Source of the DNA: Candidatus Cloacimonadales bacterium
GTDB taxonomy: Bacteria > Cloacimonadota > Cloacimonadia > Cloacimonadales > JAIOQZ01
NCBI GenBank assembly: GCA_963665815.1
Contig: OY762463.1
Coordinates: 1,632,001-1,696,000, forward strand
DNA length: 64,000 bases
Reading direction: 5' to 3'
This document shows positions 52,369 to 62,100 of the stretch, piece by piece. Below the pieces are notes generated by a model, which worked only from the letters and a program-made list of their open reading frames with translations, had not been told where the DNA came from and did no database searches. The position numbers and the translations under genes are program-made. Each line of letters begins with the position of its first letter. Within the stretch, counting starts at the first letter, position 1.

Positions 52369-54039
52369 CTAGTATATTTCTCTCAGTGCTTCGGCAATAT
52401 TAAGTGAATTGTCACCGATATGCTCAAAGTGTCTGATCATGTCGATATAGAGGAGCTCGGATTTAACGTTTGCTCCATCCTGAATTCTATGCCTTGATTC
52501 TTTTTTTAATGTATCTCGAAGATTATCGATCTGTTCTTCAAGTTTATATGCAAGGTTAAGGTCTTCCTTATGAAGGTGTTTATTCAGGTTAGTTCGGTAC
52601 AAACTGATGAATTCACTGACCAGTTTACTGATTCTCTTAACTTCGCTTCTTGAGTTAGGATGAAGCTGGATTTTATCATTATATTTCTTTTCCGTGAACA
52701 GCATAAGTCTGAAGCATGAGTCAGCAACACTTTCAAGTTCATGGACAATACGCATAAGAGCATTTACATTCTTGATATTGATTTCACCAAGGTCCTCACT
52801 GGTACATTCAACGAGGAATTTTGATATTTCTATCTGCATCTGGTCAGTAAGATCTTCCTGATCACGCAGTTTTTCGACAAAACTTCCCATATTTTTGTCA
52901 GGATTATTGAATACTTCCTGGAATGTATTAAACATTTCCTCGGTAACTTCAGCCATTTTAACAATTTCTTCTTTCGCTTTAATCAAATTAAGTTGAGGTG
53001 TATTTTGAACTCCCGTTTTGATATACTGAAGTTTATAGACATTAGCATTATCCGAAGTCTTTTCTTTAACCAATTTTCTTACAATCTTTGCAAATTGAGG
53101 AACAAAGCTCAGGAATATAATGGTATTTGTAATATTAAACAATGTATGAAACAATGACAGATTCAATGGAAGATTGCTTTGCAGAGAAGTATCCCACGGG
53201 GCAATGAGATTTACAAGTTTTGTAAATGGAACAAATATTATGGAAATCCAGACAACCCCCAGAATGTTAAAAAGCATGTGCCCTCGAGCAGCCCGTTTTG
53301 CATTTACATTAGCCCCTATTGAAGCAAGAAATGCTGTTATCGTTGTTCCAATGTTTTCTCCAAGAACAATAGCTGCAGCAGTAGGGAAATCAATCCATCC
53401 TTTAAATGCCATTGTTACAGTGATTGCCATCGCAGCAGATGAGGATTGCACAATTACAGTAAGTACTGTACCAACCATAACAAAGAATAAATAGGAGAAA
53501 AATCCGTAATTCGTCCAGTGTCTTAGGAACTCCAGAACTTCAGGATGGTGTTTAATATCCGGTACAGCGTCTTTCAGGAAGGAAAGTCCAAGAAACAGGA
53601 GTCCGAAACCAATCAGAACTTCTCCCCAATCCTTACTTTTTCTGTTTTTTGACATTATAAAGGGCAGACCAATACCTATAATAGGTACAGCAATAGCGGT
53701 TATCTTGAATTTAAATCCTATAAAGGAGACAATCCAGGTTGTGACTGTTGTACCAATATTAGCTCCCATTATAACACCAATAGCCTGTGTTAAGTTGAGA
53801 AGACTGGCATTAACAAAACTCACAATCATAACAGTTGTTGCTGAAGATGATTGCACAAGTGCGGTGATAAAAAAACCAGTAAGAACCGCTACAAAACGGT
53901 TTCTGGTCATATAATTAAGAATTTTCTGTAATCGGCTTCCGGCAACTTTTTGAATACCATCACTCATTACCTTCATTCCATAAAGGAAAATCCCTAAAGA
54001 TCCTGCTAATTGAAAAAATGCAGAAAAGAAAGACGACAT
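52369..54039 (-). CDS. Na/Pi cotransporter with C-terminal PhoU-like domains
   Basis: QSSSATT/GANIGTT and QSSSAAM/GENIGTT repeats; C-terminal LESVAD and FEHIGD PhoU-type helices. Confidence 0.93.
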   Translation of the reverse strand: MSSFFSAFFQLAGSLGIFLYGMKVMSDGIQKVAGSRLQKILNYMTRNRFVAVLTGFFITALVQSSSATTVMIVSFVNASLLNLTQAIGVIMGANIGTTVTTWIVSFIGFKFKITAIAVPIIGIGLPFIMSKNRKSKDWGEVLIGFGLLFLGLSFLKDAVPDIKHHPEVLEFLRHWTNYGFFSYLFFVMVGTVLTVIVQSSSAAMAITVTMAFKGWIDFPTAAAIVLGENIGTTITAFLASIGANVNAKRAARGHMLFNILGVVWISIIFVPFTKLVNLIAPWDTSLQSNLPLNLSLFHTLFNITNTIIFLSFVPQFAKIVRKLVKEKTSDNANVYKLQYIKTGVQNTPQLNLIKAKEEIVKMAEVTEEMFNTFQEVFNNPDKNMGSFVEKLRDQEDLTDQMQIEISKFLVECTSEDLGEINIKNVNALMRIVHELESVADSCFRLMLFTEKKYNDKIQLHPNSRSEVKRISKLVSEFISLYRTNLNKHLHKEDLNLAYKLEEQIDNLRDTLKKESRHRIQDGANVKSELLYIDMIRHFEHIGDNSLNIAEALREIY

Positions 54040-54049
54040 AAGCTTTCTC

Positions 54050-54196
54050 CGTTAGTTTAGTGTTAATGTCCTGTTAATATTTTCTTAAAGTATGTCAACA
54101 AGAAAATAGAATCTTCTAAAGATTTTCATTTTGCAGGTCTTGAATTATAACATTTTAAGAATCAAAGTGTTAGGATTGTGTTAAGATTGTGTTAAA
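54050..54196 (-). promoter_or_regulatory. Pho-box-like 11-bp-period direct repeats (TTAACA on -)
   Basis: TGTTA on + at 54168, 54179, 54190 and at 54061, 54072, upstream of a phosphate transporter. Confidence 0.6.
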
Positions 54197-54483
54197 ATGA
54201 TATAAATTAGGAGGTTTCGGCTACAGGAATTGTCGTTTTTCGGTGAAAATAGTTAACCCCGTTTATTAACTTTTTCTTGTTTTTGGCATTCATACCGGAA
54301 CCGAATATTCTTCGAAAATGAAGAGTGGTAAAAAGGGCACTATTCGAAAACGAATATACGAAAATGAAATGAAGAATATTCAATAAAGTGTTTACTCATT
54401 GAGAATAAATGATTTATAATATTTGAAGAAATTGGCACTGAAAATGTTATATAGAATGTAAAATAAAATTTGTGGAGGAAACC

Positions 54484-54813
54484 ATGAACCAAGACATCAT
54501 AATCTCAGCAAAGTTTGTCAGCAAGAAGACAGGAAGACCGGTATCAAGTTCAAAGTACTGGAGTAAAGTAATGGCAAAAGGATTTTTCAAGGATTGTTTC
54601 CTTGATATGCAGAACCTTGATGATGAAGGAAAGATTAAAGGATACTCAAATCTCGATTTAACCGGAAACGTAAAACCGGACATTTATTTTGAATTGTACT
54701 TCGAAGACAAAAAAGTATTCAAAAGCCGTGTATACAAGAAATCAGACTTTCTGAAGGGAAGACGTATCAGCAATCATCCATTCGCGTTGGATTTCGGTAC
54801 TATACAAGTTTAA
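54484..54813 (+). CDS. Hypothetical protein
   Basis: ATG after GGAGG; first gene of a co-oriented six-gene run. Confidence 0.6.
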   Translation: MNQDIIISAKFVSKKTGRPVSSSKYWSKVMAKGFFKDCFLDMQNLDDEGKIKGYSNLDLTGNVKPDIYFELYFEDKKVFKSRVYKKSDFLKGRRISNHPFALDFGTIQV

Positions 54814-54848
54814 ACAGTTCTTATCGAAATATGAATACCGGAGGAAAA

Positions 54849-57089
54849 ATGCGTGAAGTATATATCTGCCACAACCCATTTACGATTCATACTGAGTTCA
54901 AGGTTGATGGAAAAGAGATCAATAATCCGGAGCTGACTAAGCTCAGAAACTCCAGATTTCAAACTTTTGTTTCGAAACTAGTTCCACTGATTTCATTTAT
55001 AATTCAGTCCCGAGAGTTCAACCTGAAATTCCATGGTAGATCCCTGGATTTTGAAGATTTGATGTCGGAAGTTGAACAGCACAACCAGGAAGGTTATAAA
55101 ATCAATGTAACCTTCAGTAAAGGTGTTGATGAAGGTGCGAAAGAAGACCAGCTGAGAGACTTGTTCAGTGAGATTCAGGATGGACCCTTTGACGAAGTGA
55201 AGTCGGAACGAGTAGTAACAGAATTTGAACAGGCATTAAACTCTAATGTGGAAGTATCAGTAATTGCAACAATGAGCTCCGGTAAATCAACATTAATCAA
55301 TGCAATACTAGGTAATGAGCTGATGCCGTCAAAGAATATGGCTTGTACATCCAGTATTACGAGAATCAATAATTGCAGGGATACTGAAGAAATGATGGCA
55401 AGAGTTTTTGACGATGAAGGAAAACAAATAATGAACTGGAAACAGGTTACAGCTGAAGAACTGGATAGACTTAATGCCAGAGAGGATGTTTCCACAATAG
55501 AAATCAAAACTCCTGTAGAAAGTATTAACACTAAGCACATGAATCTAACGATTATTGATACTCCGGGACCAAACAACTCCCAGAACAAATCTCACAGAGA
55601 AAAAACTATTGAGTTTATAAAAAACAATAAGCGACCAATTATTCTTTATATACTTAATGCAACTCAGTTTGGTATTAACGATGATGCCATGCTGCTTGAA
55701 ACAGTAGCCGATTCAATGAAAGGTGAAGATCGTCAGGTTATAGACAGATTCATTTTTGCATTGAACAGAGTAGATGATTTTGACCCGGGTAAGGAAGACA
55801 TCGGAAGTCTGCTTGAAACTGCGAAACAATATCTTACAAGCAAAGGTATTAAAGAGCCGAATGTATATCCTGTATCAGCATTAATCGGCAAATTATCCAG
55901 AATGAAGCTCAGTGGAATTGATATCGGTATGGAAGAATTTGAACTGATGAAATTCCAGGCTGTAACCAAAAAGTACTCTCAGATGAATTTGCAGCAATAT
56001 GCACCACTTACCAAAGCATATAAAGACAAGCTTGATAAACAGCTTGAAGAAGCAGATGATGCTCAAAAACTGCTATATTATTCAGGGGTTCCGGCGATCG
56101 AAGCAGCAATTGAAGAGTATCTTGAAAAATACGCTGTCCCGGCTAAATTCCTTAATGCAGTTAAAACATTTGAATCTATACTCAATGAAAAGGAATGGGA
56201 CAGAGAACTTAAGCTGAAGATTCATGAAAATGAATCGACCAGAAAGCAGATACGTGAGAGTATGAAAGCAATTCAATCAGTTCTTGATAAAGGAGAGCAG
56301 GCTCTGGAATTCGACAGGAAAATCAGTGAGCTGCAGTTTGATAACGGATCGATAAAAGCAATAAGAAGAAAACTCCCTAAACTTATATCATCAGTTATTG
56401 CTTCCTTTATGGAAAATGATGAGTTATCTCCCGACGAAGCCAGGATATACATTGACAGTGCCGAAAAGAAAATAGCATATTTTGAGTCAGAGATAAAAGT
56501 TGAACTGGAAAACGTATTCGTTAATGGACTACTTAAGGAAGCCAAGAAGATTCTCGAAGAATACACATGTTTCATTCAGAACATTTTTGAGACAAACAAT
56601 ATGATAAATCTCGAGCTGAAAGAAGATTTGCTTAAGAACTTCACAGTTAAACTACCCAAACCGGAAGAACTGGTAAGCAAAACATCTACTCGCAAAAAAG
56701 TGGTTACATACGAATATGTAAAAAGATCAATATTTAATGTTAACCGTTGGTTGGGTGAAGCATACAGAGAAGAAAAAAGAGGACTACAAGATGTAGAAAG
56801 AATTGATATTGAGAACCTTGTAGACTCTTTTACATCAATTGTAAAACAGAATTTCTATAAGAATATTGAAGAAACCGAAAAGATTCTGAAATCAGAAATA
56901 GAGAAGCTGAAAATTGAATTCAAGCATCAGAGAGATAACTTCCATGGTATTCTGAAAAAGAAAATAAACGAGATGAATACTTTCACAAGAGATCATGAAA
57001 GCCTTGGAGAAGAAATCCTCAAATACAGAAAGCAACAACTCTGGACAAAGAACATCAAATCAGAATTAGGCAATATACTCGTTATCTGA
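54849..57089 (+). CDS. Bacterial dynamin-like GTPase
   Basis: G1 ATMSSGKSTLINA, G2 ACT, G3 DTPG, G4 NRVD, long helical C-terminus; ATG 54849 follows GGAGG. Confidence 0.85.
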   Translation: MREVYICHNPFTIHTEFKVDGKEINNPELTKLRNSRFQTFVSKLVPLISFIIQSREFNLKFHGRSLDFEDLMSEVEQHNQEGYKINVTFSKGVDEGAKEDQLRDLFSEIQDGPFDEVKSERVVTEFEQALNSNVEVSVIATMSSGKSTLINAILGNELMPSKNMACTSSITRINNCRDTEEMMARVFDDEGKQIMNWKQVTAEELDRLNAREDVSTIEIKTPVESINTKHMNLTIIDTPGPNNSQNKSHREKTIEFIKNNKRPIILYILNATQFGINDDAMLLETVADSMKGEDRQVIDRFIFALNRVDDFDPGKEDIGSLLETAKQYLTSKGIKEPNVYPVSALIGKLSRMKLSGIDIGMEEFELMKFQAVTKKYSQMNLQQYAPLTKAYKDKLDKQLEEADDAQKLLYYSGVPAIEAAIEEYLEKYAVPAKFLNAVKTFESILNEKEWDRELKLKIHENESTRKQIRESMKAIQSVLDKGEQALEFDRKISELQFDNGSIKAIRRKLPKLISSVIASFMENDELSPDEARIYIDSAEKKIAYFESEIKVELENVFVNGLLKEAKKILEEYTCFIQNIFETNNMINLELKEDLLKNFTVKLPKPEELVSKTSTRKKVVTYEYVKRSIFNVNRWLGEAYREEKRGLQDVERIDIENLVDSFTSIVKQNFYKNIEETEKILKSEIEKLKIEFKHQRDNFHGILKKKINEMNTFTRDHESLGEEILKYRKQQLWTKNIKSELGNILVI

Positions 57090-57104
57090 GTATAGGGAGA
57101 AACG

Positions 57105-57602
57105 ATGCAAACAACACTTTTTAATCGACTTGAAGAAGCGATTGCCGATAAAGATCGGATCAGTGTAAAGGTGCATCTGACTTCATTCATAGATAAATAT
57201 CCTGCAAACAGAGACAATGCTATTATTGACGCATTCCATTTTGCAGAGAATTGCTTCCCAAATTTTCTTGATGAGCACGAAGGAGAAAAATTCAAAACTG
57301 ATCGGCTGGACTGGGATGACGACTACTTTGCTCTTCTTATGGATGATCTCATTGATAATTTCTCCAAGGAACGATTCTATCATACAATTGAAGTATCCGG
57401 TCATTTATACAGCAAACAGCATCCGGGTATAGAACAGAAAACACAGGAAAACATTGAACCTCAGGAAGTCGCTGCTGAAACCCGAGTTGAGGAAAGTCAG
57501 CCGGAACCAGATAGTAATTTTATTCAGAAAATAATCATAATCAGTGTAAGCATTCTGATTGTTGCCGGTACTATAGCATACCTGATTCAGCAGTCGATGT
57601 GA
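57105..57602 (+). CDS. Small C-terminally membrane-anchored protein adjacent to the dynamin
   Basis: WDDDYF...L..NFSKER..H.IEV helical motif, acidic linker, C-terminal TM helix. Confidence 0.65.
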   Translation: MQTTLFNRLEEAIADKDRISVKVHLTSFIDKYPANRDNAIIDAFHFAENCFPNFLDEHEGEKFKTDRLDWDDDYFALLMDDLIDNFSKERFYHTIEVSGHLYSKQHPGIEQKTQENIEPQEVAAETRVEESQPEPDSNFIQKIIIISVSILIVAGTIAYLIQQSM

Positions 57603-57613
57603 CGGGAGACATT

Positions 57614-58348
57614 ATGAGCAACGAAAACGAATATGAATTAAACAACCGGACAGAACATAAAGCGGATGTAAATAATTATCATTATCATGATGAAAACCTT
57701 CCATTCAATATAACAGAGATTGAAAAGCGTATTTCCCGATCTGATAAGGACTATAAGTCGAAAGCACTGCATATAGCATTGGATTTTGTCTGGTTGAGAA
57801 AAGAATGGAGAGAAGGTAAAATTCCTGACAGTATCAGAGCGAATACAAGCTTCAGGAAATATGTACAGGAATATGCACCTTACAGTTACCACTATTGTTA
57901 CAGACTTGAGAAAACACTCTATCTGATAATCAATTATATGGAAAGAGAGTACAAAATTACTCAAGATGAAATTTTCAGATCAAAAAAATACATTGCAGAA
58001 GTTGAACATGTTTTTAACTCTATCGGAATAACAAAACTGAAACTTCTTCTGCTTGAGCATGACGAAATTGAAAGAATGAAAGTTCTGAATCAGCTTATAT
58101 CAGATCCTTATTCTTTCACAACCAACGATCTGAGAAAACGTGTAGGTCGCAAAATACCTTCTAAACCAGTAGAAAAACCGGTAAGTAACGATAAATTGTC
58201 AGGAAGACATCTGTCTATGGAAGACAGGCTGTTTTCCATGTTCGAACATCTGATCTGTGACACATTGAGTGAACAGGATCTGAAAAACATAATAAAAAAA
58301 TTCGGTCTGACACTTCTTACCGAAATAAAAACAAAAATGTATGAGTAA
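57614..58348 (+). CDS. Hypothetical protein, possible DUF3102-like DNA-binding domain
   Basis: ATG after GGGAG; IA.D...LR........SFRKYVQE...YS...YRL pattern. Confidence 0.45.
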   Translation: MSNENEYELNNRTEHKADVNNYHYHDENLPFNITEIEKRISRSDKDYKSKALHIALDFVWLRKEWREGKIPDSIRANTSFRKYVQEYAPYSYHYCYRLEKTLYLIINYMEREYKITQDEIFRSKKYIAEVEHVFNSIGITKLKLLLLEHDEIERMKVLNQLISDPYSFTTNDLRKRVGRKIPSKPVEKPVSNDKLSGRHLSMEDRLFSMFEHLICDTLSEQDLKNIIKKFGLTLLTEIKTKMYE

Positions 58349-58351
58349 ATT

Positions 58352-59248
58352 ATGGTACAATACGACACACATTACAGAAATGCCGTTTCGGTGCAGGATA
58401 TAATAATTCAGGCCTCAAGAAGCCGTCTGTCAACATTAAGGCAGGTGGTTTACACTCTTCAGAAATCACTTTTGAACAGAGACCAGAGTGCCGGTAAACT
58501 GAAAGAATTGATTGAAAAAGATCCTGCTCTCACAACGACTTTGATGAAGGAAGCTAACTCAGCTTTCTATGGTTACAAAAACAAAATTGATGATATAAAG
58601 AAAGCAATCATTCTGGTTGGTTTTGACAGAGTACGTCAAATGGCACTGCGTCAGAAAATGTTTGATTTCTTTAGTAAGTTATCCAGTTCAAACAAGCAGA
58701 TTATCTATGGACTCTGGAATCACAGTATTCTGGTGGCAACATGTGCAAAATCCATCTACCGAAAAGAATTCGGACTTCCCGGTGATGATATATATCTTGC
58801 AGGTCTACTGCATGATTTTGGACAAATTGCAGAATTTCAATTTATGCAGGCGGAGTTTATTCAGATTATTTCTCAGACAAAGCTTGTCAACATAGACATT
58901 GATAAGCTTGAAAAAAGAAAATTCGGATTTGATCACGCTTTTCTCGGTAAAAGCATTGCCAAAGCCTGGAACTTCCCGGATGTTATATCTGAAAGCATCG
59001 GTGGACATTGCAACCCAATGGCAGTAAGAGATCAATACAGAAAACTCACTATGGTTTTGTTTATTGCCGATTATATCTGCACTGAGCTTTATCCTGTTTT
59101 TTCTAAACCCGGCTATGTTCAGAAGAAAATACTTGTTTCCTGTCTTAACTCATTGAGAATTAAACAGGAAGCCCTTGAGCTTTTCGTGGAAGAGCTTAAG
59201 GCTGAATACCTGAACCTTGAAGAAAATAACTGGTTACTGAAACCATGA
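58352..59248 (+). CDS. HDOD domain protein
   Basis: DPALT..L...ANSAFYG, W.HS, AGLLHDFG, FGFDHA.LG..IA..W.FP. Confidence 0.9.
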   Translation: MVQYDTHYRNAVSVQDIIIQASRSRLSTLRQVVYTLQKSLLNRDQSAGKLKELIEKDPALTTTLMKEANSAFYGYKNKIDDIKKAIILVGFDRVRQMALRQKMFDFFSKLSSSNKQIIYGLWNHSILVATCAKSIYRKEFGLPGDDIYLAGLLHDFGQIAEFQFMQAEFIQIISQTKLVNIDIDKLEKRKFGFDHAFLGKSIAKAWNFPDVISESIGGHCNPMAVRDQYRKLTMVLFIADYICTELYPVFSKPGYVQKKILVSCLNSLRIKQEALELFVEELKAEYLNLEENNWLLKP

Positions 59249-60015
59249 TTCCTGATATTGATTATATGCCAGATTATGACACAATGAGAGACCGGCTGAT
59301 AAAGCTGGAAATTGAGCTTCGTCATTTACAGAATGACTATGCTTTGACCAAAGATGAAAATCAGAAGACAATGGTTAAATATCTGGAAATTATGGCTGAT
59401 CTTGAACGTACAAATCAGGAATTGGAGAATTCCAGAAAGGAGATGCAGGTGTTATTGGGTGAATTGAAAACTAAAAATGAAGAGCTGCAGAAAGCACAGG
59501 AAAAGCTGAAGGAGCTTGCCAGTACAGACGAATTGACAAAATTGATAAACCGCAGAGTAATGCTTGAACATATTGATGATGAACTGATTCGCTTTGAACG
59601 TAGTAATAAGAAGTTTTGTATAGCAATTGCCGATATTGATAATTTTAAGGATATTAACGATACTTACGGACATAACATAGGTGATGAAGTACTGTTTGAG
59701 ACAGCATCCTTGTTCAAGGAATCCATAAGAAAGCAGGATATTGTTGCTCGCTGGGGTGGTGAAGAATTTCTTTTTCTCCTTCCGGAAACCGATATCCATG
59801 GTGGTGTAATTATCTGTGATAAAATCAGATCACTGATTAGTAAGCTTAATCTCAAACATAAAGGTTCTAAAGTGAACTTCACAATTACATTCGGGGTCTG
59901 TGAATTTTGTGGAGACAAAACAGTCATGGATACAATTTCCTGTGCAGATAAATATCTCTATAAAGGAAAAGAGACAGGCAAAAACGTTACCATGTCATCT
60001 ATTAATTCAATATAA
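59245..60015 (+). CDS. Diguanylate cyclase (coiled coil + GGDEF)
   Basis: DELTKL.NRR, DIDNFK.INDTYGH, RKQD I-site, ARWGGEEF. Confidence 0.93.
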   Translation: MIPDIDYMPDYDTMRDRLIKLEIELRHLQNDYALTKDENQKTMVKYLEIMADLERTNQELENSRKEMQVLLGELKTKNEELQKAQEKLKELASTDELTKLINRRVMLEHIDDELIRFERSNKKFCIAIADIDNFKDINDTYGHNIGDEVLFETASLFKESIRKQDIVARWGGEEFLFLLPETDIHGGVIICDKIRSLISKLNLKHKGSKVNFTITFGVCEFCGDKTVMDTISCADKYLYKGKETGKNVTMSSINSI

Positions 60016-60035
60016 CAGTTTCAGATAATCATAGA

Positions 60036-60797
60036 TCAACTGTCTGTATAACATGATTTCTTTAAATCATAAACTATTGATTCAAGACTGTCAATAACCT
60101 GTGGAATATAATATCCTATCAGATATGGAGATGTTACATACCTTGGTACAACCCGACAGATAATGAATTTTTCTCTTTTGAAGAAAAAAAGATTATAACT
60201 TGAACAATTATGACGACCAAGAGCATATTTAACAACTTTTCTGATATTCTCAGCAAGAAAGCGAGTATTGTGCTTAGATGGTACAATGATATTAAACTCA
60301 ACAGCAGTTGCATTGGGCTGCAAAGCTACATTTACAATTGATTCTTGTTCTCTATAAACTTCTATCCCAATAAAAATCTTCTCATTAATATGCTGCATGT
60401 AATCCAGATTCTTCAGTCCAGCAATCTGCATGTGGGCATGTCCGACAGTTCCTCCAGATAACGGACCATGATTCTTGAAGAACACAACCGATTTATATTC
60501 TCCGCTTTCCTCCATCCTGTCCCAGTGCTTGAACCCAAATTCAAGTACCTTCTGCAAGTGCTCTACAGGATATTCTGTGAGGTAGCTGTTACATTTATCT
60601 GTTTCAATCAGGACTGTCTGAAAAGCATGTTCCAGAGTCTGATATTTGTTTTTGACGAGAGTAATCGAACCATCCTGATCAATAATACCAGACAATCTGC
60701 TTTTCTTACAGAAAGGGCATTCTGTTGTTGCTCCCTGCTCTTCAGCTTTAAATCTGACTTTCGGGAATATAAAACAAAGATGTGTGTCATTTTTCAT
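60036..60797 (-). CDS. DUF4931-like (GalT/HIT-related) protein
   Basis: CPFC, NKY..L...FQTVLIET, FKNHGPLSGG...HAHMQI.GL. Confidence 0.75.
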   Translation of the reverse strand: MKNDTHLCFIFPKVRFKAEEQGATTECPFCKKSRLSGIIDQDGSITLVKNKYQTLEHAFQTVLIETDKCNSYLTEYPVEHLQKVLEFGFKHWDRMEESGEYKSVVFFKNHGPLSGGTVGHAHMQIAGLKNLDYMQHINEKIFIGIEVYREQESIVNVALQPNATAVEFNIIVPSKHNTRFLAENIRKVVKYALGRHNCSSYNLFFFKREKFIICRVVPRYVTSPYLIGYYIPQVIDSLESIVYDLKKSCYTDS

Positions 60798-61158
60798 CAG
60801 TATTCTCATCACTTTTATGTAGTAACACGAAATCAAAAATCTCTTGTGCCCAGTTTCTTGACCACTCTCCGAAAGGTTTGAGTAGTTCTATCAGTTCATT
60901 ACCTCTTTTTGTCAGTTGATAACCTTCAAGTGTTCTTTCTACAATATCTGCTTCTCTAAGATCTTTAAGCCTGCTGTTGAGAATGGATGGTGATATTGAT
61001 TCACAACGAGCCTGTAGATCTCTGAATGTATAAGGACCATTCTGCAGCTGCCAGATTACTCCCATAGCCCAGGTTCGACCAACCAGATCGAACAATGCCA
61101 TGATTGGTACACCTGACTTGGATCCTCTGACCGGTTTCCCCGGAGTCGGTATAGACAT
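60787..61158 (-). CDS. HxlR family winged-helix transcriptional regulator
   Basis: P....DL.GR.W...IW.L...F.DL...ISP..L..RLK.L...Y.LT..G. Confidence 0.88.
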   Translation of the reverse strand: MSIPTPGKPVRGSKSGVPIMALFDLVGRTWAMGVIWQLQNGPYTFRDLQARCESISPSILNSRLKDLREADIVERTLEGYQLTKRGNELIELLKPFGEWSRNWAQEIFDFVLLHKSDENTDEK

Positions 61159-61257
61159 ATAATCTCCTGCTCTTGATATTACTATCTAATAATTAAAATA
61201 TTCTTGTAAATGAACAATGCCATAATCCCTGTACACTGAATCATGGCAAGTTCCTTC

Positions 61258-61455
61258 TTAACCTATTAATTCTTTGATTGATTTTCCTGCGTGTCCAATG
61301 TTTTCAAGTGGATATTCCTCAATGAAAACCGTGAATTTTTCAGCATCAATTTTTGTGGCTCCTACAGCAATTTCTGTGAACCCTTTGATAAGTTCTTTCT
61401 TAACATCTTCATTGATAGAGTCAATTTTACCGATTGATAATGTGATAACTGGCAT
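61258..61455 (-). CDS. 4-oxalocrotonate tautomerase family protein
   Basis: Pro1 after Met (MPVI), K..LI...T, V.IEE....N.G.AG; 65 aa. Confidence 0.88.
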   Translation of the reverse strand: MPVITLSIGKIDSINEDVKKELIKGFTEIAVGATKIDAEKFTVFIEEYPLENIGHAGKSIKELIG

Positions 61456-61587
61456 TTTTTCTCCTTTTAAAGCTTACTTCAGCTTTTCAGATTTTGTTTC
61501 CCTATGGCACCCTTATTCCGGATTGCGAGTGCTTTCAGGGTTATAATTACACTATGAGTACTCATTATTGCTTCGCAATAAATAGCT

Positions 61588-61623
61588 TGCTACATATTTT
61601 GTAGCACAAGGATTTCTTGTCAA
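61588..61623 (-). promoter_or_regulatory. Promoter with an overlapping palindromic operator candidate
   Basis: TTGACA 61623-61618; TGCTACA-N5-TGTAGCA at 61588-61606 spans the expected -10. Confidence 0.5.
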
Positions 61624-61809
61624 TAATTTTTTTGATACGTTGGAGCTTTGCAGGACTTGTATTGTTAAGACTAGTTTCCTGAGGATGTGAATTGTTATAG
61701 ACCGTAGATCGTGACAGGCTTTATTTTACTATTCGACATAAACAACCTGAGTCAAACATCCGGTTGCCTCTACGAGATTGGAGAACCTGTTCAAGTTTTG
61801 ACGGACATT

Positions 61810-61877
61810 GTTCTCCCTGGATGTGTTCCTTTAGAACCATCCACAGGGAGATGTCGACAGAATGGAGACAGAGAGTT
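61810..61877 (-). repeat. Dispersed intergenic repeat element, copy 2
   Basis: Minus strand AACTCTCTGTCTC..TCGACATCTCCCTG-hairpin-AGGGAGAAC, homologous to 39621-39683. Confidence 0.7.
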
Positions 61878-62100
61878 AAACAGGAACATTGCCACAGTCA
61901 ATGTACTCCGAAAATAGCTTCTTCTCAACATCAAAATCATCTATAATCGTAAAATCCTGCAATACAGCCAATTCCCCTCTATAAAGAGGAGTAATTCATT
62001 TCAAATTGAAATGAATTGGGGTGTGTATGGGACTTAACATCACACCATTTAGACGGATTTTCCAACAATTCTAAGGGTGATTGAGGGTGATCCACAATCC

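Noticed and set aside
61711-61946. ORFs 61711-61917 and 61764-61946
   Set aside because: No SD or recognisable motif; they overlap a dispersed repeat element.
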